From: Orbicella franksi
Taxonomy: Eukaryota
Reading direction: 5' to 3'
Length of the DNA: 64,000 nt
Assembly: GCA_964199315.1 (NCBI GenBank)
Contig: OZ116704.1
Span: 4,092,001-4,156,000 of the forward strand
Part shown: piece by piece, positions 35,122 through 57,709 of the stretch
How positions within the stretch are numbered: position 1 is the first letter of the stretch
Layout of the letters: the number at the start of each line of letters is the position of its first letter
Position numbers and translations under genes: made by a program
The notes under the pieces: model-generated
Told to the model about the DNA's origin: nothing
The model's database searches: none
The model's input: the letters and a program-made list of their open reading frames with translations, nothing else

Positions 35122-37164
35122 GTAGACATGTTTTGAAAGAGACGGTCAATTATATAATGGTCATTCTATTGCAGAAAGCATTTTTACAGAAACATCCATT
35201 ATTTTGTAAAAATAAACAAGTAAACACAGTTATATTTTACAAAGTAAAGTAGTTTTAGTAGTGTCATAAAACCCAAACCAAAGTAATTTTCACATTGGTC
35301 AATAACAACAAACATACAAAATGCACATGACCAAGCACTAGTCTGCCTCATAGTTGTCAGTTGGGGTGGCCGAGCAATGCTCCCTCCCCTAAAGAAAGCG
35401 TAACTTGCATCCCCACCCGAAAACATGGCTGCAAAGGAGACTAACGAAGTACTGGAAGATGCATGTGACCTTGTCGCAATCATGTTAGCAAACTGTTTTG
35501 TATTGGATTGTTTGGAATGAGTAGCGGTGAAGGTTTTGTGAACGAATCATAGAGCACAGTTAAACAGAACTTTCCAGTGTATTATTCAGACCGTTTTATA
35601 AGCTTCCTTGTTCTTATTACTTTAATAATTAGCTCCCCCGGTAGCAGATCCTTGCTCCACTATGGAATTTGAAGCTAATAAACAACAAAGGCCAATCAAG
35701 AATAACAACCTTTTTGTTTTATAAATATTCAGCAATAGTTAGCCACTGCTTTACCATACACTTACTTTTATTGTTTAGTGTAAATTTGTACCATTGTTGA
35801 TATCCTGAGTGCCAATTTACTTGAGGTTATAGCTGTTAGTGATTAGTGGTAGGCTTTATGTGAAAAGACTTTGCAGTAAACTGATTTCATAGTCATGGAG
35901 AGAAAATTTAAAGACTCTTGAAAATCCAAAAAATAGAAAAATTGTTTAATTTAAAATCCATTTTAAGTTGTAAGTTAGCCATTTAAATCAAAATATATTA
36001 TTTCCAAACTGTAAAAACAAAAATATAACAAACAATAAATTGCTCTGTTTTGTCAGTTAAAGTGTTTGTGTTCTTTTGTTCCCATTTTTTTTCATCCTTT
36101 GTCTGGTGATCATTCAATTTCTCAAAATTACACAGTTTTCAAATCTAAGTAGAACATATACAACTTACGAAAATAGTGAATTTTCTCTTTAATCATATTT
36201 TCCTTAATTTTTTTTCCTTTGTTTCTAAGGCTTTCAATAAATGAACCATGTTATTATTGGGTTTATGGTTTCGTGTTGTGGATTAGAATTTGACACTAAG
36301 ACCCACCTTTCACACCAATTCCAATAAATACTGTAGCTTATTTATAATGCATACACAACATACTTTATAGACACACAGACAGACTGTAAGGTTTGTTTTT
36401 GTCTTTTTTTTCCTCCAACACTTTACAATAAACTCAAGATATAAAAATATAAAATTTCTAATAATTTATAAACAACCTCAAGAGGTTTTGTTTTTCAATA
36501 CATAGGAACTAATCTGACTTCTGTTCCATTGTATATTTTATAACTATAATTAATCTTGAACAATCTTGTACTTTTTTCACATAATGACTATTACAAGTGC
36601 TAACAACCAGGAAACCTCTAGACTGAAAACCTTCTGAAAGTAAAGAAAAGCAGTCCACTACTACCAAACAAACACTTGAGTCAGTGAACCGCAGGGCTGG
36701 CAAAAGCAATGGAGTATAGGAGATAGGAGACGAGGGTTATAGTTGCCCCTCTTCCAGTTCCCCTTTGACCTGCTTCACTGGCTGACCATCTATCTAACTA
36801 CTTAACTCATTCACTGCTGAAGAGTTGATCTTTCTGCATTCATGTTGGTTGTTTGAACAAGATCACTGATAGCCTGTGTAGCTGGCATGATTCGCAAGTG
36901 AGTGAACTTTGAGCTCTGGCAACGAAGCTGTGTTGCGAGCTGAGAAGCTGCGATCACCAATCCCTTTGCTCAAAAGCACTCCTGCACGAAATTCTGCCAG
37001 CTATGCAGGGTTCTACTCCAAGAAAGTTTGCTAGCAGGCTGAATCACTGATTAAAAGAAAAATTTGTTTAAACTTTTGGTCTCTTTATGACAACTCCTAA
37101 TTTTCTTCACCTGTCAATAGCCTGCCCCGGTCCCACAAACTCTATTCACCGCATGGTAAATATC

Positions 37165-37343
37165 CAGGGCTGTCAATAAGGGCCATAACCCATAACACCT
37201 GTTATGGCTGAGTATGTTTGATGGACCCTTGATGTTACGGGTGAACTGGCCTGCAGTTGATACAATTCACCCATAAAGTAGCAAGTTTGCTACGGGTGTG
37301 AAGATCAAGGTTACAGGTGAACTAAAACTCAAGGACAGTCCTG
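37165..37343. mobile_element. CAGGG-ended MITE, 6-bp TSD
   Basis: CAGGGCTGTC / GACAGTCCTG termini; AATATC on both sides. Confidence 0.7.
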
Positions 37344-37583
37344 AATATCATTATTGGGCTAGTAATGCATTCTCCAAGGACTCTAACAATTTTAATTTAC
37401 TAACTACATTCCATTTTCTACTAAAACCAATGATATGTTGCTAATATTAAAAGTCTTTCCTGTCCAGTGCTACAAAAGTTGATGTTGTAGTGATAATTTG
37501 GATCCTCAGTCACATTTGTTCATTTGTAAAAATAGGCAATGCAACTTGACGACCTCTAATCAATAAATGGAACTCATCTGTTG

Positions 37584-38833
37584 TTATCTTCTACTTCTTT
37601 TACTGCTTGGCTGCATGGAGAAAGGATCATCTGGGTCGTCTGAGTCATCGCTTTCATTCTGCAAGAAAAAAGTACACCTTACAGTAATTTTGAACATAGA
37701 TAAAAGGTCGAGTCTGCATAGGAGCCAAGAAGCCTATCAGGCCAGAGCTAATCCTGTAACATGAAGCCAAAAAAAGAAAAATTACTAAAAAATAAAAAAA
37801 ATAAATATAAAAAAAACATGAAGCCACTAGGAGTATTTCTACTCCCTCCTGGATAGGACGTTTCCCCCAGCATTAAGTTTGCTGGTACCCATTTATACAC
37901 CTGGGTGCAAGTGACTCACCCAAGAACACAACACAAGCTCCCCAGCCAGGGCTTAAACCCGGACTGCTCAATCAGGAGAAGAGAACGCTAACCATGAGGC
38001 CACCATGAGTGCCTTCTACAACATGAACATGGTAGGATCTTATCCTGTCTAGTGAAATTCCTGACAAAAGCCACTTAAAGAAATATTGCATATTGCTAAT
38101 TGTACCTGTTCAGTACACATTTTGCAAGACATACCTGATCATTCTGAGTGTTTACAACAGATCTTTTGCTTCTGGCTCCCGTCACCCTTAGGGATGTTGG
38201 CCTATATAATAGAAAAATGGTTTCAATTTATTATAAATATTAAGTAATTAATGGAAAAACGTCGCCAAATTCATGCTTGATCTGGAATCTCCATCGAAAG
38301 TGTTGCCATGGTTACCACGGATGGATGGAAGGGTGGGTGGATTGATGGATGGAGTGAAGAAGGACCATTATTTGCTTCGTTCAGGTGCTGAGTCAGTGAT
38401 AGGCATGAGTGGTACATCTTAGCCACAATAAAACAACAGAATGAAAACACTTACTGTGTAGTTTTTGTCTTTTGTTTTACTGAAGATGACAAAGGAATGT
38501 TGAATTCATCATCGTCATCATCATCAGAAATTATTTCCTGGAAGCAAAAGAGAAACATTGATTGAACAAAGAATTGGTAAGAGAATCCAGCCACTAGTAG
38601 CAAACAAAATTCAAATAAAAAGACAGAAAATGCACAAAGGCAGAAACTTGTCTAATCCTTTGACCTGTGCAAGAGGTGTCAGCAAAGATGGCACTTCCCT
38701 ACCCCTTTCCTCCGTAACCCTTCCCAACCAAAACAACAAACCTGCAGGCATCAAAGGGGTTTTCAAGGCCATAATGGGTCAGAGTCCTTCTACTATGTGG
38801 ACTAAAGTGTACATTAAGAAATAAAAAAATGAC

Positions 38834-38870
<37 letters not shown>

Positions 38871-41800
38871 AATTGACAAAACCTTTCCTATGAAAATGAG
38901 TTTGATCCGCATGAAAATGAACCCGTATGCAGAAGGCAGAACACATGAAACTGAAACTGAGGCAAAAACCCCCAGATCTACTTGCATAATTGTTTTCACC
39001 ACACGTGTGTGTGATAAAAGTTAGAACAATTTTATTACCTGTTCCTTGCTTGGTTGACGTCTTTTCTTGGATGCTGAGCTGAATGCTTAAAGATCACAAG
39101 TCATAGTTAAAAAACAGTTAGTATAAATACAACAACATACACGCCCAAACAGTTGAACATCATTGTTCACAACATTGATTTTCATAGTGATAGCAAATTC
39201 ATGTCAACAAGGTATTATTATTGATTTTCTTTACAGTGGTAAGAATTGTAAAGTACATAACTTCCTAACCTCAAGTTCCCTCCAATCTATTTCTTCATTG
39301 TCAAGGTGTATTTCTTTCAGTCAAGCCAAAAAATCAAGTGATCATTTTCAAATTAACTTTTGACACCGAACAGATTGGCCAATCAGGGTGTTTGTTAAGG
39401 GCTGTAACCCAGCTGTTAAAGCTGAGCAGACTAATGGGCCCTTGATTGGGCATAAGGGTCAAGACAACAGCTTTACAAGGCAACAAGGCTTACTTACAAT
39501 CCATGATACTCCTTGAAGTGTTGGCAGCTGCTTGTACTGCCCCCCTTCCTCGGCCACGCCCACCTCTTCCTCTCCCTCTGCCTCTTCCTCTTCCTCCACC
39601 TGTACCTCTTGTGGACATGTTTGCAGCATCACCCTTGCCTTGTTTCCCTAAGACATGAAGTTGAGGTCTGATGAAGAGTATTTTTATGTGCAGAGTGGGC
39701 CAGCTGGCCTGGCTGGCATTTATCATACCAGCGCCTTTTTCTTACTCTAGGGAACTAAGGGATGTAATGTAGCCAAATGTATTCACTTAGCCTGACTAAA
39801 ATATCAAGTGAATGTCGTCCAGATGGATCATCTCCACCAAAGGCATCCTCGGTCAAGTGTTGATTGATACCCTTGATCGACACTCAATTGACATCTCAAT
39901 CAACACTTGATTGACCTCTCCACTGAAACTCAGTCAACTTTCGATCAACATCTCATTCAACAGTCAGCCAGTTGAGAGTTGACTAATTTTCACAGACACA
40001 CCATCAAGTGTCGATCTATACATATAAGTCAGTCGACACTCTGCCAACTATTGACTGACTGTTGATCAGGTGTCAATCGAGATGTTGATCGAGATGTCAA
40101 TGAAGTGTTGATCGATGGTCACTTGAGAGTATCAATCGATGCTCGACTGCAGATGCCTTTAGTATACATGATCAGTCTAGATTAACATAGGATATTGGTA
40201 CAGTGCCACAAGCATAATTGAAAGGCCACGGGCAAGAACGTCCCCTAGATTTTTCGGCCATTTTTGAAAGTGTTCAAAAATAGCTGAACTTTGGCATTTG
40301 GGCTTTGTTTCACCTGAGAAACATTGCTATGAAGTTTTTGTTTTGCTGGTTTACTCTTTGTTTTCGAGCAATAACCTATGCAAAAAACTCAGTTTTCCTA
40401 GCTGCATCTTTTGGAGACTTTTTGTTGAAGAAAAAACAATTTTTGAGTTTTTGATATGAAGTTCAAAAAGAAGGCTACCATTTTTTTCTTTACCTTTGCT
40501 AGTGCTTGGCCCAGCTGTTCCATCCTCATCGTCACTCCCACTCATATCAACATCTTTATTTTTGTTATTTGGTTGGTAGGCACGTGACTCCTCCAGGACC
40601 TAACATTTAACATGGGCACAACTTTTATTTTACGTTCTCCTCAGTTTCTCTTTTGGCAACTGATTTAACCTGATTGAGAAATCATTAACGCAACTGTTGT
40701 AACTTGTAACATTATTATTACTTTTAACAGCTTATGAATAGCTGTATGTTTATTAACCTTATTGGAGTCCTGTTATTAACATTCATGACGTCGCAACCAA
40801 TCAGATGGTAGACTGAACAAAATGGATATAAGGTTTATACATCACCAGGCTGATTGACATAATAACAATCCAATGTCACATAGCTATGTGACATAATAGC
40901 AAATTATCCACAAAAAATCTGACCAGAGTGTTCATGTTTTTCAGATTGGACTGTGAATTGATTCTACCTTTCTTATATCTTCCTCATCATTGTCTTCGTT
41001 TTCTTCTTCGTTCTGTCGTACTTCTTCTGTATGTTTTAGTACTTCAACCTCAATATTGCCCTCATGAATATTTCGACGTTTCTTCAAGTGTTCCTGTGCT
41101 TGATTTAACTGCCACTTAACCAATGTAGATATAGCTTCTTTTTCATCTTTCTCAACAAATTCACGCAGGGCCTGAGCCATTCTCCCCTCTGTTAAAATGC
41201 GTAACTCCAAAGCCTTAAATGATAAAAAAAAAATGATAAAAAAATGATACTGTCAACACATTGAATCAGGTTTACTAAGGGCATATGTAGTAGAGTGTTG
41301 ATGAATACCTGCAATCAATATCCTTGATCGACCCTCAATCGACACTTAGTTGATACTTCATTAACACTCCATTAACACCTCGGCTGACACTCAATCGACA
41401 TCTCTGTCGACGGTCAGTTGAGAGTCGAATGATTTTCAATTGATGTACATGAGTTGGTTGACACTCAGCTGACTATCAACCAACTGTTCATCAAGTGTTG
41501 ATCAAGTGTCAATCAAAATGTCAATTGAGTGTCAACCAAGTATCATCGGGATGTCAATCCAGTGTCAATGGAGATATCAATCGAGTGTTGATCACAGGTC
41601 CATCAAGGGTATCAGTAGACACTCAACTGTGGATGCCTTTAGTACACATGATTCAACCCATCTACATCTACTTGTAAACTATCAAAAGGATTAACCCATC
41701 ACTGTAGATATAAAATGAAAACAAAAAGAAAAGAAATAACATCACTTAATCTCCATTGGGTTAAAAGAGAGGAGATTGGCCCTAAATGCCTAAAGCAATA

Positions 41801-44800
41801 CTCTGTTGTTGGTCGATCATTTCAGCAAGAAGTGAGCTTCACTAAGGTATAGTTTTTGCATTAAAGATGGATTAGTAAGAATTGCTTGCAGGGGTTAAAT
41901 ATGTGAATTTCATGGTACTGTCTTGTTGTTCTCTGCTTGGGTTTAACATATTCAGGAATCTGCAGGACTATTTTCCCGTAATATTTGACAGCTTTAGACC
42001 CGGGGTAAGTCTGTGCCAGGGAGTGCCACTGTTGCTCGTTAAGAGATGGGTCAGAGACCCTGCTGTGGGATCATAACAATGTTAAACAAAACAAGTGGCC
42101 CTCTACTTACAGCTAGCCTGATTCTCAGATAGTCCGATGTTGCTTGCTCTGAGTGAGTGCAAGTGACCTCAGACCATTTGAGAATCAGGCTAGCTCACAG
42201 CCATATGCAAACTCTATTAATATCTTGTCCACGTATGAGAGGTTTAACTACAGCTCACAAAAAAGCATTATGGCTCAAAGATAATAAACTACACTTTTGA
42301 CACTTTTGACAGAAAGACATAGAAATAGATTAGAGTTTATTGTGAACACTAGAGAGTTTAAGCATGACGTTTACAGCAGACGACAAAGGCAAAGATTACC
42401 TCTGAATTTGTGTTCTTTTCTTCTGATCCTTAACTAAATCACACAAAATAGAAAATGTCTCCCACTGTTCACCGCAAACACAAATATTTTCACTCTACTA
42501 TAATAGACAGCTGAAGACAAACAGTAAAAGTTTCATTTTTGCCGTTTGCCGTTTGATGTAAATATGTTATGCTTAATCTCTCTACTTACATTTTCCTTTG
42601 ACGTCAGATGTTCTTTGATCAAATCTTCCATTCTTATCGTGTCCAGTACCTCAGGACGAAGGTGAGGGGCTTGAATGTCTTCTTGAGTCTTTTTATCTGT
42701 TGAGACAAAATACGCATAAAACACTAATTGAAACTCAATCACACTATCACGTTTTGGATTTTGGTTGTCAGTTAAGCTGACATAATTAAATATTTTCACT
42801 CTACTATAATAGACAGCTGAAGACAAACAGTAAAAGTTTCATTTTTGCCGTTTGCCATTTGATGTAAATAAGTTTAATACGTTTAATATGTCTACTTTTT
42901 ATCTCATGAATTTCTTGTCTGTATTGTATAATTAGCTGTTTGTACACTGAAGAGCAAAAAAAAATTATACTGAGCTGTATCATTATTAACCTTTTCTGCC
43001 TTGTTTCCTTCCCCTGTAAAAAAGTAAAATATCTTTTGGATTGGCCACTCTGTCAACAAACTGTTGTCCAAATCTTCGGATGTTAAATGCTGTGAATCCA
43101 TCACTGTAATCCACCTGCCAATATGGAAATGGAAACAATATCAATTAATTAGAAATGATACTTTTTATCTCATGAATTTCTTGTCTGTATTGACCCCATC
43201 AGCAAACCATGCATATGCAGCCTAACCAGCAATAAAAAAAAAATTAATAAAAAAGAATAAAAGATGTTCACTTGGTGAACTTTGTCTCTGAAAAATGGGT
43301 TTAGAAGAAAATAATGTAACTTGCTGATTGCGTCTACATAAATACTTAAAAAATTGAAAGAGTAAAAAGCTGTTTTGGTGAAATCTGAGAGGAATGAAGT
43401 GAAATATGCAATATAAGAGTGGCAATTGTTTACAGAGCATTCACTTCTAAAGGAAGCCTTAAAATAATACTGCAGTAATTCAGCAAACAACCCACCCGTA
43501 TCCTAATGAGGGGCTTGTCAGGTTGTCGAGAATTACCAGTGTGCTCACGTTCAGCCTTTTCAATCAACTGCTCCACCTACATGAAGCAGTAAACAGAGCA
43601 ATACAGATGTCAGAATTTTGTGCTGCTTTATCTTGAATTCCCCTCAAAATTAAATAATTTCCCTTGCACATACTTTTTTCAGTCACCCAAAGCCCGTCAT
43701 CTCAAAATACTTTTCGTTTTCCTTTAAAGTTCAATATTGTTGAGCTCAGAACAGGAGAACAAGAGAACAAGATACTGCAGACTGAAAGGATAATCTGAAA
43801 TGATGCTGTCCACCTTTAAGGGACTAGCACTGCATTAAAAGGCAGGAACATTACACCTGTACTCCTAGACAATAATTATTCATAGTTACATACTGAGAAT
43901 CGTGAGCCTGCGATAAGCTTGTGAGAACTTAACACCTACCTTATCTACCAGGAAGGCCATCATAACATCCTCCTGAGTAGGGTCAATGTCGGTGTCCTTT
44001 AGAACCACATCTTCCATATAAAAAGGGCGCACAGTATTAAGTTTAACCTTGGTAATTTTGAAGAGTTTGTTCTCTTTTATTTCAAGAATTCCTACATGTC
44101 TGGGAACAAAAATAATGTTATAAATTAAAGCATTTTACTTTCACAGACAATTTTTTTTAACCGTTACAGTGATAAGAGGGTAATTAACATTATGACAACA
44201 ATGCAACAGCATACAATGACAATGATAATGATGATGATGATGAAACAAATAACCATGGTGACCAATTTTTGTAACTACTGCAGCTATACACGTAACCATC
44301 ATGCATATTATTAGTTACAGTGATAAAAATTAGTTGTGCGTGATACGAACGGTTGAATGAATGAGATGAATGAAACTTTATTGCACACTCCCAAAAGTGG
44401 GTTTTTTCAGTGAACAGTACAAACACAGTAAAAATACAATAAAAATACCATAAAAATACAATGAATTAAAAAGTGTAACACTTATTGTTTCAAAACTCGT
44501 CATGCATCTTTGCTTTAAGATTTTTCTTAAAGTTTACTGAACCTTTGCACGGTTTTAAATCTTTATCTAATGAATTCCATAAGTTTGCTATCCTTTATTG
44601 AAATGTCCTCTGACCAGCAGCGGTTTTACATAACGGACTGTTAAGTTGTTGGGAGTTTCTTGTTTAGCAATTGCATTTTCCAAGAATTCTATACTCACTT
44701 AGGTTTCGATTCTCCTTCAGAGAGGGAAGTGGCAACACTTGAGCCTGGCTGGCTGATGTAAAATGGCAGGTTTGGGTCCTCAGCATTCTTGGGGTCTATA

Positions 44801-47610
44801 ATACACTCATGTTCATGTCCCCATATTATAAGATCAAGAAAATCATCCAGGAACTTTTCTGGAATGTAGTTTGTTAAACCATGCTTTGACCTGACAAAAA
44901 AAACCAAATGATACAATGACCACAAAGATTATCATCATGTACACTTCATTTCTTGGACTCCCTTTGGAATCAGAATAATCTGGCCATTTAACATATTATC
45001 TGGACCTTTATTTATAGCCTAATGAGGGCAAAAAAAACTGCAATTCCAACAGGGCTTGAAAAAAGTGCTGTCCAGTTGTCTAGGACAAGTAGATTTACCT
45101 GCTGGGCAAGTAACTTTTCATTCTCAACTACCTGATGGGCAAAGGCCCAGGCAAGTTGTCTGCCAACTAAATGAGAAAAAAGTAAGCTAAGTCTTGCCCA
45201 GGGAAGGCAAAATTTGAGAGCTCCTTGTCTGAAGGGCAAGCTGGAATTCAAGTTTTTCAAGCCTTGTTCTAATAGTAACTGTTTCACTATAAAATATATG
45301 AATCTTACTAACATCAAGATACCTGTTCTGATGTAGAACAAAGACATTAAACCAAGATTCAGGATCTTCCTTGGGCCTCAGCATCTTGACATTTTGATTC
45401 AGAAAGGTTCTATGAAGACGTTCATCTCTGATGGATCCTAAACCATACAGTGCTAACTTAGTTCCGCCCTTCTGAATCAAGATGGGTGACACAGTGATGT
45501 CATCAATTGATGGAGCTCTACCAAAGTAATTGACAAACCCACACACACTAAGCAGGTCTAGAGCACAAAGGTTCCCATCCTAAGCAAGAAAATTAATATG
45601 TTATGTCTTGCTAGTCCTCTCACCAAATAAACTAATTTTCTGAAACAAATTTTCAGCCTAGTTATGACTGCTAGACTGTATGAAACTACCACTTTCCACA
45701 GGCAGATCTGGAACAAAGAACCAGGAGGGACCTACAAAGTTGCAAGGCCTACAAAGTTGAAATTCTCTGCCCACTCCTCCCTTTTTTTTTGAAAAAAAAA
45801 GAAGACCTATTAATTTCCATTCAAGCGCCTCCTCCTGTGTCCCTACTGGAGGACGAGAGATCTTGAAAACACTAATGTTGATGATGTTCTGTGGGCTTAT
45901 TTGCTGCTACCAATGACTGTATTGAGATGTCTTTATACAGTGTCAAGGGTTTCATTAGGGTTTTCATTAGCAGGGGTGTCATTAGCAGAAGGGTAACTGG
46001 TTTTCAAAGAAAGGCAAAACTATTTGAACTGAACTTCTTTATAAGAAAAACGTTCCTCTAGATGGTCAAACCAGCCAGGCGAAATATCATCCTCACAGCC
46101 GGTCAATCTGCCAGGTGCCTGGCCCTTAATGAAACTACTGCAGTGTTAGTAAAAAATCTGCCATGTGGATAAATATGCATTGTATTTGTTCTTATGGACA
46201 TGACTTGTTTTCATGATACTATCTCACCCCAGCAGGATCATCATGATTGCCATGAATAGAGAACACTGGGATTGATATGTTGTAATTGGGATCCTCATAA
46301 TTTACCACAGGAAACCTGAGAAATAAAGATATCAAAAATCCAATACAATACCAAGCCTTAATATTTGGCTGTTCATGAGCAGTTTGTTAACCTCTTCACT
46401 TGTGATTAATAGAAAAATCTAAATTTCAAAATCCTAATTAACAACAAAATCTACAGTTTACTCCCGGGAGAGTTCATTCCATGTTACACAATGAAGTAGG
46501 ATAGGAGGGTGGGAATCAAGGAGCAAAAGTAAAGTGGTAGGAAGTCCACAGGAGGTGGGAGAGGGATGGCCCGAAGAGTGATTGCCAAAGTGGCAGGAAC
46601 CAGGAGAGTGAGCCAAATGTCCCAGGAAACACAGACCCAATAATTGATGCCCTTTTTCCTCCCTTCACCCCCAACCTCACTCACTATATCAGAAAATGAA
46701 GGTCTCCCTAGATTTCTTTCATATTTTTCTTGTAACCTTTAGTCTGACCTGGAATTGGAAAAGTTCACAGACTGATCACTGAGAAATTCCAGCTGGCAAG
46801 GCTTGTCACCCAGACAGTATTTTCTGAACAATGACATGGTACCATGCATAGTTTTTCGAGATGGTTTGTTTTCATGGAAAAGGTCTCCTCCAAGTAAAAT
46901 AAAATCCACCTATTGATAAGAAAAGAAAACACAAATGAAGTGATCTTACATGTATTACAGTTTTTCCCTACAATATTATTTCACTGTCCTAGTGGTAAAT
47001 GATGAATTCCTTTATAAGATGAGAAAACTAGTTTGGGTACACTTTCCTAATGCACCATCATGTTTGTAAACTGGGGATACTTTTGTATAAATAATTGTGT
47101 TTTACATTGTGGATTTCTACCCTCGTAGTATCCGAGAGGTAAAATTGGAGTTATGCAGTGTTGCACATATTCGTCAGAATTTTTCACTGAATGCTCAGAC
47201 AGGCTTATATCATAAAGACTTACGTTCCTCTCTTTAGCTATTTGTAGTATTTCCTCGAATGTTACCAGTGAATCATTCCCTCGAACCTGATCTTTTTCCA
47301 TATACCCAAGATGGCAGTCTGATGCTAAAAATGGATGCAATGATTTATGGTAATTAGCGCGTAATTAGTGGTTCAATTTCACAAATTATGATAGATTAAT
47401 GAAGCAGAATAGTACCCGCGTCACTGTTAAGTCTGACAACTACAGTTTGGCAACGGAGAAGAAAGATATACCCACCAACAAGAATGGAAATCGTGTTTGC
47501 AGCTTCGTTCTCTCCTTGCCTGCTAATAAAGCAAACACAAAGTAAACTCAGGTAATCTGGGCCAATAAAGAAAACCAAAAATACTGAAAAAGTTCATACT
47601 CGACCGCCAT
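37584..47610 (-). CDS. MRE11: Double-strand break repair nuclease MRE11, 18 exons, 699 aa
   Basis: Exons: 47600-47610, 47476-47519, 47224-47324, 46749-46909, 46228-46315, 45323-45579, 44699-44890, 43940-44099, 43496-43576, 42991-43114, 42590-42696, 40968-41213, 40494-40599, 39498-39647, 39039-39085, 38455-38537, 38135-38201, 37584-37658 (2100 nt). Phosphoesterase motifs [25 protein letters not shown] and WGHEH are intact; [12 protein letters not shown] loop; GAR motif GRGRGRGRG. The low-complexity C-terminal exons are less certain. Confidence 0.95.
37817..38004 (-). mobile_element. tRNA-derived SINE (internally shortened)
   Basis: Reverse complement ggtggcctcatggttagcg...CCGGGTTTAAGCCCTGGCTGGGAG..TGTGTTGTGTTCTTGGGTGAG...GAGTAGAAATACTCCTAG matches the other copies. 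Confidence 0.7.
38835..38870. repeat. (GATT)9 microsatellite
   Basis: Read directly from the sequence. Confidence 0.9.
39825..40173. mobile_element. Quasi-palindromic MITE, copy 1 (MRE11 intron 13)
   Basis: Ends ggatca...aaaggcatc / gatgcctttagtatacatgatc; internal GTCGATC/GTTGATC repeats. Confidence 0.7.
41263..41654. mobile_element. Quasi-palindromic MITE, copy 2 (MRE11 intron 11)
   Basis: Ends gaatcaggtttactaagggcat / gatgcctttagtacacatgattc; same internal repeats as copy 1. Confidence 0.7.
42111..42195. repeat. Mini hairpin element with 17-bp perfect inverted ends (TAGCCTG family)
   Basis: AGCTAGCCTGATTCTCA / TGAGAATCAGGCTAGCT. Related TAGCCTG-ended palindromes lie at 29798-29884 and about 36870-37012. 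Confidence 0.65.
42352..42582. mobile_element. TA-flanked MITE abutting the MRE11 exon 11 donor
   Basis: TIRs GAGAGTTTAAGCAT / ATGCTTAATCTCTC; TA at 42350-42351 and 42583-42584. Confidence 0.7.
45050..45266. mobile_element. CAGGG-ended MITE, 6-bp TSD
   Basis: CAGGGCTTGAAAAA / TTTTTCAAGCCTTG; flanks TTCCAA / TTCTAA. Confidence 0.7.
45944..46140. mobile_element. CAGGG-like-ended MITE, 6-bp TSD
   Basis: CAAGGGTTTCATTA / TAATGAAACTACTG; CAGTGT on both sides; same terminal motif as the 21566 element. Confidence 0.7.
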
Positions 47611-48257
47611 GTTGAATTCCCGCTATTTTGTGGAAGTCCGCTGACTCAGGATTGTTGTCGTCTTCGGTTTGTCCTCGTTTTTTTCTTGTTTTGAGTTGTT
47701 TAGCAGCGTTAAATTACTTTTGACAAGCCAATAAGCTTTCTGAAGGTCAAGAAAGGATTTATGAACATTTACGCAAATAAATCTCTTATAGTTCGCTTCA
47801 TCTCATGATATCCTTTCTATTGCTCAAAACACGTCAAGACTTCGGAAGGCGTCGCCATTACTTCGGATTGTTTCGTCACCGTTGCCATTGGCTAACAACA
47901 TTGAACAAACTTCGTTGGGGGCCCCCTAAACGGCACATGCCTGCAGTAGCAAGCGCCATTGTGAATTTTGAGTGTCATTTGCCTTTGGTTCTTTTCCCGT
48001 TGGTTGAAACGGTGGTTGGCGTACCTTGAACTATTTGATCGGTGGTCTGGCATCCTCTGCAGGAACTCCTGAAGCGACAAGCAAATAATTTGGCCCTAAA
48101 TGACCGGAGAAACGTGCAGTTTCAGGACCATTTCCACAAATCATTTTACGGCGTAAGGTGGCTTGAAAGCAACTCTCCATGTTGAATATAAGCTGACGAC
48201 GGAGATGTAATGGTCCGGTGATCCTTCGGGTTCATCTACATCAGAAATTTTACAATC
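47611..48257. promoter_or_regulatory. Probable bidirectional promoter shared by MRE11 and GSK3
   Basis: 647 bp between divergent ATGs, CpG-enriched. A YY1-like CAACATGGCGG (47604-47614, minus) overlaps the MRE11 start codon. Confidence 0.7.

Positions 48258-57709
<9,452 letters not shown>

Noticed and set aside
39446-39658. Proline-rich plus-strand ORF
   Set aside because: It is the antisense shadow of the MRE11 GAR (RG-repeat) exon.
45316-45322. Donor GTATCTT in MRE11 intron 6 (and at 343-349) as possible U12 sites
   Set aside because: They deviate from GTATCCTT and I found no TCCTTAAC branch site near the acceptors; treated as U2.
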